From a virus (Duplodnaviria; Caudoviricetes), in the IMG/VR virus record IMGVR_UViG_3300042295_001683, positions 1 to 64,000 of that record: 64,000 bases of DNA; one strand, 5' to 3'. This document shows, piece by piece, positions 41,736 to 49,293 of this stretch. Both the position numbers and the translations under genes were made by a program. The first letter of the stretch is position 1. Each line of letters opens with the position of its first letter. The notes under the pieces are model-generated. The model did not search any database, had not been told where the DNA came from, and was given only the letters and a program-made list of their open reading frames with translations.

Positions 41736-41966
41736 ATGACTAAGATTGAAGTTGTTGAAGCGATTAACCAAGCATCTAAAGCTTGGGAGGATGACTACGA
41801 AGCAATGAAAGCTTTGTTTATTCCAGTGTTTAACTTCATCAAGAGCGATGTAGACTTCCGCTCGTTTGTCCCTTGGTATCACAACTACTTCTCTAACAAC
41901 AGAGAGGTCAATGACACTACTGTTGTCAAGTTCATGACTATGACAGCAGCGGTTCACGAGTGCTAA
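41736..41966 (+). CDS. Small accessory protein
   Basis: GGAG RBS; MTKIEVVEAINQASKAWED N-terminus shared with the 42122 ORF. Confidence 0.65.
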   Translation: MTKIEVVEAINQASKAWEDDYEAMKALFIPVFNFIKSDVDFRSFVPWYHNYFSNNREVNDTTVVKFMTMTAAVHEC

Positions 41967-41968
41967 CC

Positions 41969-42547
41969 CATTACCCAATAGTCTAGCCATAGTGCTACGT
42001 TATAAGGCGATCGCGCGATCGCCTTTTTTGTTGGATAAATTAGTTGTAAATAGTACTTGACAAATAATATTTAAGCGTTTAATATTATATTCAAGGTTAA
42101 ACATACAAAAGGAGCAAGACCATGACTAAGATTGAAGTTATTGAAGCGATTAACCAAGCATCTAAAGCTTGGGAAGATGTATACTATATTGTTGTCTGTC
42201 GATACATGACAAATAGGAAATACGGGGGCTTAGTAAGAACTTACAGCTATTTTTACGAAGGCCCGTCACTAGAAAGAGCTTTTGTAAATGCACAAGATGC
42301 GTTTAAGGAAAGAGATGCAAAGGTTACTTTAGTGACGCTATCTCATGCCAATTCTTTTCTTGGGGTAGAAACCGAACTAAGCAAAGAAGCTGTTGTCTAA
42401 CAGATCATTACCCAATAGTCTAGCCATAGTGCTACGTTATAAGGCGATCGCGCGATCGCCTTTTTTGTTGGATAAATTAGTTGTAAATAGTACTTGACAA
42501 ATAATATTTAAGCGTTTAATATTATATTCAAGGTTAAATATACAAAA
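41969..42547 (+). repeat. 142-bp direct repeat (terminator + promoter unit) flanking one gene
   Basis: 41969-42110 vs 42406-42547 with one mismatch; contains the hairpin AAGGCGATCGCGCGATCGCCTT+T-run and TTGACA-17-TAATAT. Confidence 0.9.
42122..42400 (+). CDS. Small accessory protein with a chimeric N-terminus
   Basis: AAGGAG RBS; first 19 codons nearly identical to the 41736 ORF. Confidence 0.65.
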   Translation: MTKIEVIEAINQASKAWEDVYYIVVCRYMTNRKYGGLVRTYSYFYEGPSLERAFVNAQDAFKERDAKVTLVTLSHANSFLGVETELSKEAVV

Positions 42548-42563
42548 AACAAAGGACAAACAA

Positions 42564-42776
42564 ATGACAAAAAAATTGTTCGGGTATTGGGAAGAAGACA
42601 TGGATGGGAGCACTTGCGGATACTTCGTAGTATCCGCATACCAACCAGAATTTTTTGCAGATTGCGAAGAAAATTTTAACGATGAGCATGAGCTTGTCGG
42701 AGCGTGGTGTGACAGCCATGCTTTGAAAACCAGGATCAAAGATCTTGGTTTGGATTTGGAAGTTTCAGAGGATTAA
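42564..42776 (+). CDS. Small highly acidic protein (anti-defence candidate)
   Basis: 70 aa, D/E-rich, first gene after the repeated promoter. Confidence 0.6.
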   Translation: MTKKLFGYWEEDMDGSTCGYFVVSAYQPEFFADCEENFNDEHELVGAWCDSHALKTRIKDLGLDLEVSED

Positions 42777-42787
42777 GGTAAAAAAAT

Positions 42788-43306
42788 ATGTACGCATTTG
42801 ACAGAGACGGAGTATTGGTGGGTGAGCTAGGCAATTTCGCTGCCAGTCACCCGAAAAACTACAAGGGCGCTGAGATGCCCCTTATCAAAGAGGTGCTAGC
42901 CAAAGTACCGCCTCATTCGATCATTATCAGTAATCAAGCTGGCATTGATCGCGGCTATACCACACTCAAAGTGGTACAAGCTCAATTTGATTGGCTCATG
43001 GCGCAGCAGCCTAATTTTATCGGGGCTTTCTTTTGCCCTGATGAAGGGGAAAGTTGCTGGTTTAAGTTTTTTTGGGCAGACGAATGGACAGAGCAGTTAG
43101 CGATTGCCCCATACTTCAGAAAGCCTAATATAGGCTTGGGAGACTCCGCCAACGTGTATCTAAATCATTATGGGCTTGGCCAGATCACCCATTACATAGG
43201 AGATCTTTCTGGCAACCCCGCCTATGCTGAGGGTAGAGACAGCGATCGCATCTTTGCGCAAAATCTGGGCTGTGAGTATTTGGATGTGAATGATTTTTTA
43301 GCTTGA
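42788..43306 (+). CDS. HAD-family phosphatase (polynucleotide 3'-phosphatase/GmhB-like)
   Basis: AFDRDGVL, ISNQAGI, FCP, RKPNIG, YIGD...SDRIFA. Confidence 0.85.
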   Translation: MYAFDRDGVLVGELGNFAASHPKNYKGAEMPLIKEVLAKVPPHSIIISNQAGIDRGYTTLKVVQAQFDWLMAQQPNFIGAFFCPDEGESCWFKFFWADEWTEQLAIAPYFRKPNIGLGDSANVYLNHYGLGQITHYIGDLSGNPAYAEGRDSDRIFAQNLGCEYLDVNDFLA

Positions 43307-43497
43307 GCCTACAGGAACGCCGCCCTGTAGGCAGACCACGAAGTAGTGATCACTATGCTCAATTAAATTTACGTTTGCCAATGGCAATAATTGAGAAGAT
43401 GAGAGCGATCGCCCTATCTGAAGGATTTATCACTCAGATAGGCAAGCACAAAGGAGAGCCAAATATTAGCGGATGGCTCTCTAATAAATATAAGTAG
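43303..43497 (+). CDS. Small AT-hook/RHH-like regulator
   Basis: RPVGRPRSSD, QLNLRLP; paralog of 41482. Confidence 0.65.
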   Translation: MSLQERRPVGRPRSSDHYAQLNLRLPMAIIEKMRAIALSEGFITQIGKHKGEPNISGWLSNKYK

Positions 43498-43738
43498 CTC
43501 CTCTCTATGCTATATTTTGATTGCGTTAAAAATTTGGCTGATCTAGATCCTAAGGAGCTAAGGAGAACCGAAAAGCTAAGATTTGTGGATTTGTAATGAT
43601 TTTTTGAGAGTTTGAAGGCGATCGCGAGGTCGTCTTTTTTTGTGGGTAAAATTATTTTTAAAACATGGTTGACATTACTAACGTAATCAACTATATTTAA
43701 ACACATCAGGAAAACGCAACACGCAAGGAAACAAAGCA

Positions 43739-44179
43739 ATGACTACACTACTAGGAATCACAGATGAGAATTTAGGTTGCGCTTGCTGCGGTCGTACGGA
43801 TTTAAAGCGTTATGCAGTTATTCAAGATAATGAAGGCGAAATTGCTACTTACGGTAGTGACTGCGCTACAAAAATCTTAGGTAGAAAAATTTCTACTCAA
43901 AGAAATCTACCTAAGATTCAAACTGAAGACATCAAAAACATTACTCCTTTTGTAGAAGTAACTGTTTATAAAATGCATATCAGCCGACGTTACAACTTTG
44001 TAACCCGAAGCTATGAATGGGGATTAACCCTTCCTGTCAGCCCTAAACAAGTTTTAAAAACACTCAAAGAAGACTACGAATATTACGTTGAAGAGAATAT
44101 TCAAAACCGTCCCCTTGATGCTATTAAAACTGCCATTAATCTTTTAACTGAATACACGACTCAATATGCCCAAACCTAA
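43739..44179 (+). CDS. Cys-containing accessory protein
   Basis: CACCGRTDLK...YGSDCA; promoter TTGACA(43669)-17-TATATT. Confidence 0.65.
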   Translation: MTTLLGITDENLGCACCGRTDLKRYAVIQDNEGEIATYGSDCATKILGRKISTQRNLPKIQTEDIKNITPFVEVTVYKMHISRRYNFVTRSYEWGLTLPVSPKQVLKTLKEDYEYYVEENIQNRPLDAIKTAINLLTEYTTQYAQT

Positions 44180-44387
44180 CCCCGCAAACCCATACCATTG
44201 CGATCGCCCTATGCGTCGCAATGGTAAACAAGCCAAGTCAGGGGCAGTGCAATATCGCTGCAAATGTGGCTTTACCTGTACCGATGGCGATCGCCCCGCA
44301 CACCGCCCCCTATTAGGTGATGCGCCTTTGACGCAAGTTGAGCGTAATCGTAGGTATAGAGCTAAGAAGAAAGCTAATTTAAATTAG
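44166..44387 (+). CDS. InsA-like zinc-ribbon DNA-binding protein
   Basis: HCDRPMRRNGK...QYRCKCG; GDAPLTQVERNRRYR; paralog of 59127-59396. Confidence 0.65.
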   Translation: MPKPNPANPYHCDRPMRRNGKQAKSGAVQYRCKCGFTCTDGDRPAHRPLLGDAPLTQVERNRRYRAKKKANLN

Positions 44388-44462
44388 TTGCAAATAGTAG
44401 TTGACAAATACAGGATATCGATCAATAATAGATCGTTGAGTTAAACAAGCAAGGCAAAAACA

Positions 44463-44783
44463 ATGACACATTCTTTAGATGAAAAACAACCAACTCTTGA
44501 CAAGCTTATTGCAAGCCATCCAATGTTTGAGGAGCTAAAAACTATTATTGATTCTTTGATCTCAACTCGATATAAAAAAGTTAGAAAACTAGCTGGTCAA
44601 TCGTGGAAAGGCTACAGGTCAAATGCTCAGTATTTGAGTGAAGTCACTAAAAACAACAATCTTGGCAATAAAATTGCTGCTATGCAACGTCAAATCTTGG
44701 TTGATATTGATTTACTAGATGAAACTGGTTTTGCGTTTTTTAGAAACTATTCTGTTGACTGGGATAAAGTTAGAGCTTGGTAA
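44463..44783 (+). CDS. Hypothetical accessory protein
   Basis: After promoter TTGACA(44401)-17-AATAAT. Confidence 0.6.
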   Translation: MTHSLDEKQPTLDKLIASHPMFEELKTIIDSLISTRYKKVRKLAGQSWKGYRSNAQYLSEVTKNNNLGNKIAAMQRQILVDIDLLDETGFAFFRNYSVDWDKVRAW

Positions 44784-44784
44784 T

Positions 44785-44997
44785 ATGCCTAAATCACGCA
44801 CCGAAATCTATCGCGATTGCTATCTCAAGCGTACAGCAGACAAACTCCGCTACTACTGTACGCAATGCGATCGCCAACTCAGATCAGACTCACCTCTCAC
44901 TATTTGCCGCGCCTGTTGGCTTAAAACGGATGATGGCAAGCTATACATGCGACTGAAGCAAGCGGAATCAAGAGCTAAAAAAGTAGTAAAATATTAA
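44785..44997 (+). CDS. Small basic zinc-finger protein
   Basis: CTQC...CRAC; likely start MPKS at 44785. Confidence 0.6.
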   Translation: MPKSRTEIYRDCYLKRTADKLRYYCTQCDRQLRSDSPLTICRACWLKTDDGKLYMRLKQAESRAKKVVKY

Positions 44998-45058
44998 TGC
45001 GATCGCGGATGCTAGTCCCGATCGCGTGATCAACCTTATCCATTAATCGCAGGTCAAT

Positions 45059-45919
45059 ATGACAAGTTTAACTCAATTTGCATTTAATTCTCAACAGGTT
45101 CGTATTGTTTCCATTAATAACGAGCCTTGGTTTGTCGCTCAGGACGTATGTGACATTTTAGATATAAGGAATGTCAGCAAGGCTTGTAACCCATTAAAAG
45201 ATCGCGAAAAGCAAGTTTTAAATTTGCATGAGATGGGTATAACTTCAAGTGATGATCCAGACACCACAAGGCTTTTAGCGGTTTCAGAGTCTGGTTTGTA
45301 CCGCTTAACCATGAAATCTCGCAAACCTCAAGCTGAACCTTTTCAGGATTGGGTATGTGAGCAAATCTTGCCAATCATCCGCAAAACTGGCAAGTATGAG
45401 TTAGCCCCATCTCAACCCGCACTACCTCAAAACTATATTGAGGCTCTAGAGGCACATCTACAATCTGAGAAAGATAAAAAGGTACTTGCTGAAGCTAACC
45501 AGAAATTGATCGCCGCCAATCAATCCCTAGAAATCGAAGTACAGACTTTAGAACCAAAAGTCGATCGCTATGATTTGATTTTGGCTACCGATGGATGGAT
45601 GACTGGGGAAGAGATTGTTAAGCAGTTGAATATTTCCAAGTTTTCTGTTCGCAAGCTTTACGACATTTTGCGTAAGGAGAAAGTACTATTTAATAGCGAT
45701 GGCACTAATTTACCTTATGCCAGTTGGCAAAATGAAGGGCTTGCTACGATTCGTGATGGTCAATGTTTTGATGGACGCATGAGATTTAGCCCTGTATTCT
45801 CTTGGAAGGGATTGGATCGCATTCTTGACCTATTGCGTAAACATCAAGTTATCCCAAGGGATAAGCAGTATCGATTTAACTTTGATTCTGACAAAATCGT
45901 AGCGATGAAGAGGGCTTAG
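45059..45919 (+). CDS. BRO-N / KilAC phage antirepressor
   Basis: QVRIV...EPWFVAQDVCDIL, SESGLYRL, SRKPQAEPFQDWV...LPIIRKTGKY, LPQNYIEAL. Confidence 0.92.
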   Translation: MTSLTQFAFNSQQVRIVSINNEPWFVAQDVCDILDIRNVSKACNPLKDREKQVLNLHEMGITSSDDPDTTRLLAVSESGLYRLTMKSRKPQAEPFQDWVCEQILPIIRKTGKYELAPSQPALPQNYIEALEAHLQSEKDKKVLAEANQKLIAANQSLEIEVQTLEPKVDRYDLILATDGWMTGEEIVKQLNISKFSVRKLYDILRKEKVLFNSDGTNLPYASWQNEGLATIRDGQCFDGRMRFSPVFSWKGLDRILDLLRKHQVIPRDKQYRFNFDSDKIVAMKRA

Positions 45920-45921
45920 TT

Positions 45922-46557
45922 ATGTTTGACAAAGTTTACACAACTGAAGAGCTAACTAAAATTCTAGAAATAGAGAGAATGGCTTGCGTCAAAGGTCAGG
46001 GCACATTCCCTATGCCTGATAATGCCGATGAAATTGCAAAGCAAACACCACTAGGCTCTATTTTGGGGGCGCAAAGATTATTTGAGGTTGGTTGTTATCA
46101 TGAGTTTCGCGATCAAGTTCAAAAGTATCAAATTGAAAATAATATTTCTGGGCTTGAAGTTGATGTTTGTATTATTGGTGACAAGCTCTATAGATTCCCT
46201 ATCCCTGTCTGCCAATTAGAGCTAACTAAGGATGATTACCAAGTCTTGAAGTTAGCCAAAGACGCTGTAGTTGACGCATTCCTTAGTGCTGTTGATGAGC
46301 TTACCTATTTGAGCTTTAGCCATGAAGACAAATCTCATGCTCAATTTGATATCGAAACTACAAGCCAATATATTAGACACCTTTCTGAGTTTTGCGACTG
46401 GGCAGAAATTACAGTCGCTAAAGAATTTGAAATAACTCTTGTTCTTGGCTATGGTGATTATCACGAATCTGCATATATTGCTGAGCATTCAGAAGCTGCA
46501 AAATATTCTGATTCTATGTATTTCTGTGCTGCTAAAGCTTGCAAAATTAACGGGTAA
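45922..46557 (+). CDS. Hypothetical protein
   Basis: 211-aa ORF coupled to the antirepressor. Confidence 0.65.
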   Translation: MFDKVYTTEELTKILEIERMACVKGQGTFPMPDNADEIAKQTPLGSILGAQRLFEVGCYHEFRDQVQKYQIENNISGLEVDVCIIGDKLYRFPIPVCQLELTKDDYQVLKLAKDAVVDAFLSAVDELTYLSFSHEDKSHAQFDIETTSQYIRHLSEFCDWAEITVAKEFEITLVLGYGDYHESAYIAEHSEAAKYSDSMYFCAAKACKING

Positions 46558-46613
46558 ACCAATGTCTATCAAAATCAAATTCTCTTTGTTGCCTGAGTTG
46601 AGAAGAGCATATG

Positions 46614-46914
46614 CTTCCAATCAGCCGATCACTTAACCAGAAGTTTCACCACTATCGCCTCTCTTCCAATCAGCCGATCGCTTAACCAAAAGTTTCACCA
46701 TTCTGAGTTTCCAAAAATTGCAAATAACCTTGCCTTCCAATCAATTGATCGTCTAACCACTAGTTTCACCATGAACTAGAGCGCCGCTTTACAGCCTGTA
46801 TCGGTACTTCCAATCAGCCGATCGCTTAACCAAAAGTTTCACTGGACAAAATGACAATTTTATATGTCAGCTACCTTCCTTCCAATCAGCCGATCGCTTA
46901 ACCAGAAGTTTCAC
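46614..46914 (-). CRISPR. CRISPR mini-array: five 36-bp repeats, four spacers
   Basis: Repeat GTGAAACTTCTGGTTAAGCGATCGGCTGATTGGAAG (minus strand) at 46879-46914, 46807-46842, 46734-46769 (degenerate), 46663-46698, 46614-46649; spacers 36, 37, 35 and 13 nt from the leader end. Confidence 0.95.
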
Positions 46915-48643
46915 CTAACAGATCCCAAAAACCAAGCTGAGAGCCAATATTAGGATCGATTTGCGCGGATCGCTTACGAGATTGCAATTTAGAGTCGGCT
47001 TTAGATAGTGATTTTAAATCTTGCCATAGCTCAAAGTCTTGTGGTGATTGGTTTTCAGAGTTTGCGCGAGTGGTTAGGTTGCGATCTAGCTGTAAATCAT
47101 TGTCTGGTAAGGGCTTAAGCTTATCAGCTTCCAATCTTTTATCAGTACTATTTACAGCCCCGCTTTCGCGGTTGATTGCGGGAGTTGTTTCTCCTCCCGA
47201 TCCTTTCTTACTCTTGCGAGTCTTACTCGGTTGGCGCTTCTTCCCATGCGTTGCATGATCCACGCCCTTAAATTCCCCCGATGAAGCGGGGTATGGTATC
47301 AGTACCAAGCCTTTAAAAGCAACATTACGGATAACGGTTGAGGCGTTGTTATCTGCGTTGTCACCATGACCACAATTCAAGCATTTAAAAACAGCTTGAG
47401 ATGGTCGAAACTTTTCGGAATAGTAGCCACACTGAGAGCAACCTTGAGAAGTGTGCGGTGCGGGTACTTTCACAAATATTCTTTCTGATGCTTTAGATTT
47501 AGTCTCTAGCATCGTCTTTGTTTTACCGATCGCCACATCATGAAGCGATTTATTTAAACCAGCTTTAGCAGCCGATCCGTTGGGTAGAAAAGCGCCATTT
47601 TCACCAGCTTTCGCCTTTGGTGCGCGTACCATATTTTTAACTTTGGTATCTTCAATGGCGATGCTTTGATATTCACTTACATATTTTGAAGTGAGCTTAT
47701 GGATAAAGCGATCCCTTTGCCTAGCGATTTTAAGATGCGCTTTAGCTAGTTTAGAGCGTTTAGCTTTTAGCCTGTTAGAGCCATCTTTTGAGCGAGAGAT
47801 AGAGCGCTGAATACGAGCTAATTTCTTAGCTTGCATCTTTGCGTAACGCTTAGATTTGTGTAGTCTCCCATCACTATCTGCAATAGGAGCGACTACACCA
47901 AAATCTAAACCTACTTCTTGCTTTTTTGCTGGTTTAACGGGCTTTACATCTACCGTGCTAGTGAATTGCACATAATAACCATCAGCTTTTTGGACGATGC
48001 GTACAATCGTATGATTGCCAGCATAGCGACGGTAGAATCCCTTGCATTTGATTTGTCCTAGTCTTGGATAATCAATTAATGCATTGTCATTACCCAAGGG
48101 CAAAATATTAACGTATATCCGACCGTTGCCATTAGAAAAGCTTTCTAATTTATCAGCTTTCTTTTTGTAACGTGGTCTGCCTTTTTTTCCCTTGCGGTAC
48201 TGAGTCCATGCATCAATTAGGTTATCCACAACAGATCGCCGTGATTCGCCATCAATAGAGTGTAGAAAATCAGGACACCGCATATTAGCGATAAAGCGAT
48301 AATTTTTAACGTGCTTAAATGGCTCTTCAATATCCCGATGTTTGCGGATGTCGCATTTATCAGGATAGTAAGCACAGCAAAGCCCGTATTGATTATCAGG
48401 ATTTACATACTCAATCCCGTCGATTTTGCATGATTTTCGCCATTGCCATACTTCAGGACTATACTCTGCCCATTCTTGTTTTGCCCTCCAATAACGTTGC
48501 TGATCTTCCTCAAGCAGACTTAAACCAACATTCCATACCCATTTAAGTTGAGTAAGCCACAAATCAATTTGTGTGCTTTGCTCAATCGTGGGAGACAACT
48601 TAAATTCAGTTATCTTTTTAGTAGTGGCTTCATTGCTAGTCAT
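46898..48643 (-). CDS. TnpB-family RNA-guided nuclease, type V-U2 (C2c8)-like Cas12
   Basis: EFKLSPTIEQSTQIDLWLTQLKWVWNVGL N-terminus; RuvC VGLDFG / IAIED / NADNNA; zinc finger CSQC...CLNC; adjacent array; no tnpA. Confidence 0.85.
   Translation of the reverse strand: MTSNEATTKKITEFKLSPTIEQSTQIDLWLTQLKWVWNVGLSLLEEDQQRYWRAKQEWAEYSPEVWQWRKSCKIDGIEYVNPDNQYGLCCAYYPDKCDIRKHRDIEEPFKHVKNYRFIANMRCPDFLHSIDGESRRSVVDNLIDAWTQYRKGKKGRPRYKKKADKLESFSNGNGRIYVNILPLGNDNALIDYPRLGQIKCKGFYRRYAGNHTIVRIVQKADGYYVQFTSTVDVKPVKPAKKQEVGLDFGVVAPIADSDGRLHKSKRYAKMQAKKLARIQRSISRSKDGSNRLKAKRSKLAKAHLKIARQRDRFIHKLTSKYVSEYQSIAIEDTKVKNMVRAPKAKAGENGAFLPNGSAAKAGLNKSLHDVAIGKTKTMLETKSKASERIFVKVPAPHTSQGCSQCGYYSEKFRPSQAVFKCLNCGHGDNADNNASTVIRNVAFKGLVLIPYPASSGEFKGVDHATHGKKRQPSKTRKSKKGSGGETTPAINRESGAVNSTDKRLEADKLKPLPDNDLQLDRNLTTRANSENQSPQDFELWQDLKSLSKADSKLQSRKRSAQIDPNIGSQLGFWDLLGETSG
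46915..47140 (-). promoter_or_regulatory. Cyanobacterial-type CRISPR leader embedded in the nuclease ORF
   Basis: Two CGCGCAAA motifs on the minus strand (~47061-47068 and ~46960-46967), as recalled for cyanobacterial leaders. Confidence 0.55.
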
Positions 48644-48707
48644 ATACTGATAGTATCATAGTATTGATACTATTGACAAGCTTTTAATACAAGCTTTTAA
48701 TTGTGAT
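48644..48707. promoter_or_regulatory. Divergent promoters with operator repeats
   Basis: Inverted repeat ATAGTATCA-6-TGATACTAT (48650-48673); tandem ACAAGCTTTTAAT x2 (48676-48701); TTGACA(48673)-17-TTTAAT. Confidence 0.7.
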
Positions 48708-48917
48708 ATGGCTTTAAGAAATATAGTTAAAGAATTTCTGGAAGAAAGAAAAATAACCGCTTATCAGTTCGTCAAAGAAACGGGGATAAGCGGTACAACT
48801 GGCTATGAGTTAGCGCGTAACCCTTGGCATATACCATCTACAGGCTCAATCGCTAAAATCTGCGATACCTACAAAATTCAACCATCTGAAATTGTTGTTT
48901 GGGTAGGGAATGAATAA
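48708..48917 (+). CDS. Cro/C1-type HTH regulator divergent from the nuclease
   Basis: VKEFLEERKITAYQFVKETGIS...IAKICDTYKIQPSEIV. Confidence 0.85.
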   Translation: MALRNIVKEFLEERKITAYQFVKETGISGTTGYELARNPWHIPSTGSIAKICDTYKIQPSEIVVWVGNE

Positions 48918-48982
48918 CAGCCGCATAAGCTAAAATCATGAAGCAAGGTTAAACACTATCTTTAGCGTTGAGTCAGCCCCTT

Positions 48983-49024
48983 GCAACAAAAAGCCGATCG
49001 CTTGTTGGTCGGCTTTTTTGTTGC
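48983..49024. terminator. Intrinsic terminator hairpin
   Basis: AAAAAGCCGATC-GCTTGTT-GGTCGGCTTTTTT. Confidence 0.75.
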
Positions 49025-49293
49025 GTAATCTCCTATACAAAAACCTGCGAGATACTTGCAATAATTAACCAACGTATCAAGTAAGAATATTATGCAAGTT
49101 TGCGATATTTGCGGCGCTCAAGAAACTAACGGTAATATCTCCTTATCAGCCGACCGCAATCGGCATATATCTGTATCTAATAAGGATTTGCATTATACAA
49201 GATGTTGCCAGATCGCTATCAGTCGAGGTCGCAAAGGTTGTTTGAATAGATTAGGAAAAGTTATAGATCTTTCTACTCTGTTTGGTGTTTAGA

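Noticed and set aside
41969-42547. CRISPR array or integron attC sites
   Set aside because: The repeats are 142 bp, consist of terminator plus promoter, and no integron integrase is present in the window.
44166-44387. IS1 element, suggested by InsA-like zinc ribbons here and at 59127
   Set aside because: No InsB/DDE domain or terminal inverted repeats; they behave as stand-alone regulators.
46898-48643. IS200/IS605 or IS607 transposon
   Set aside because: No tnpA or serine recombinase and no recognisable IS ends; the gene is flanked by a CRISPR array and a regulator instead.
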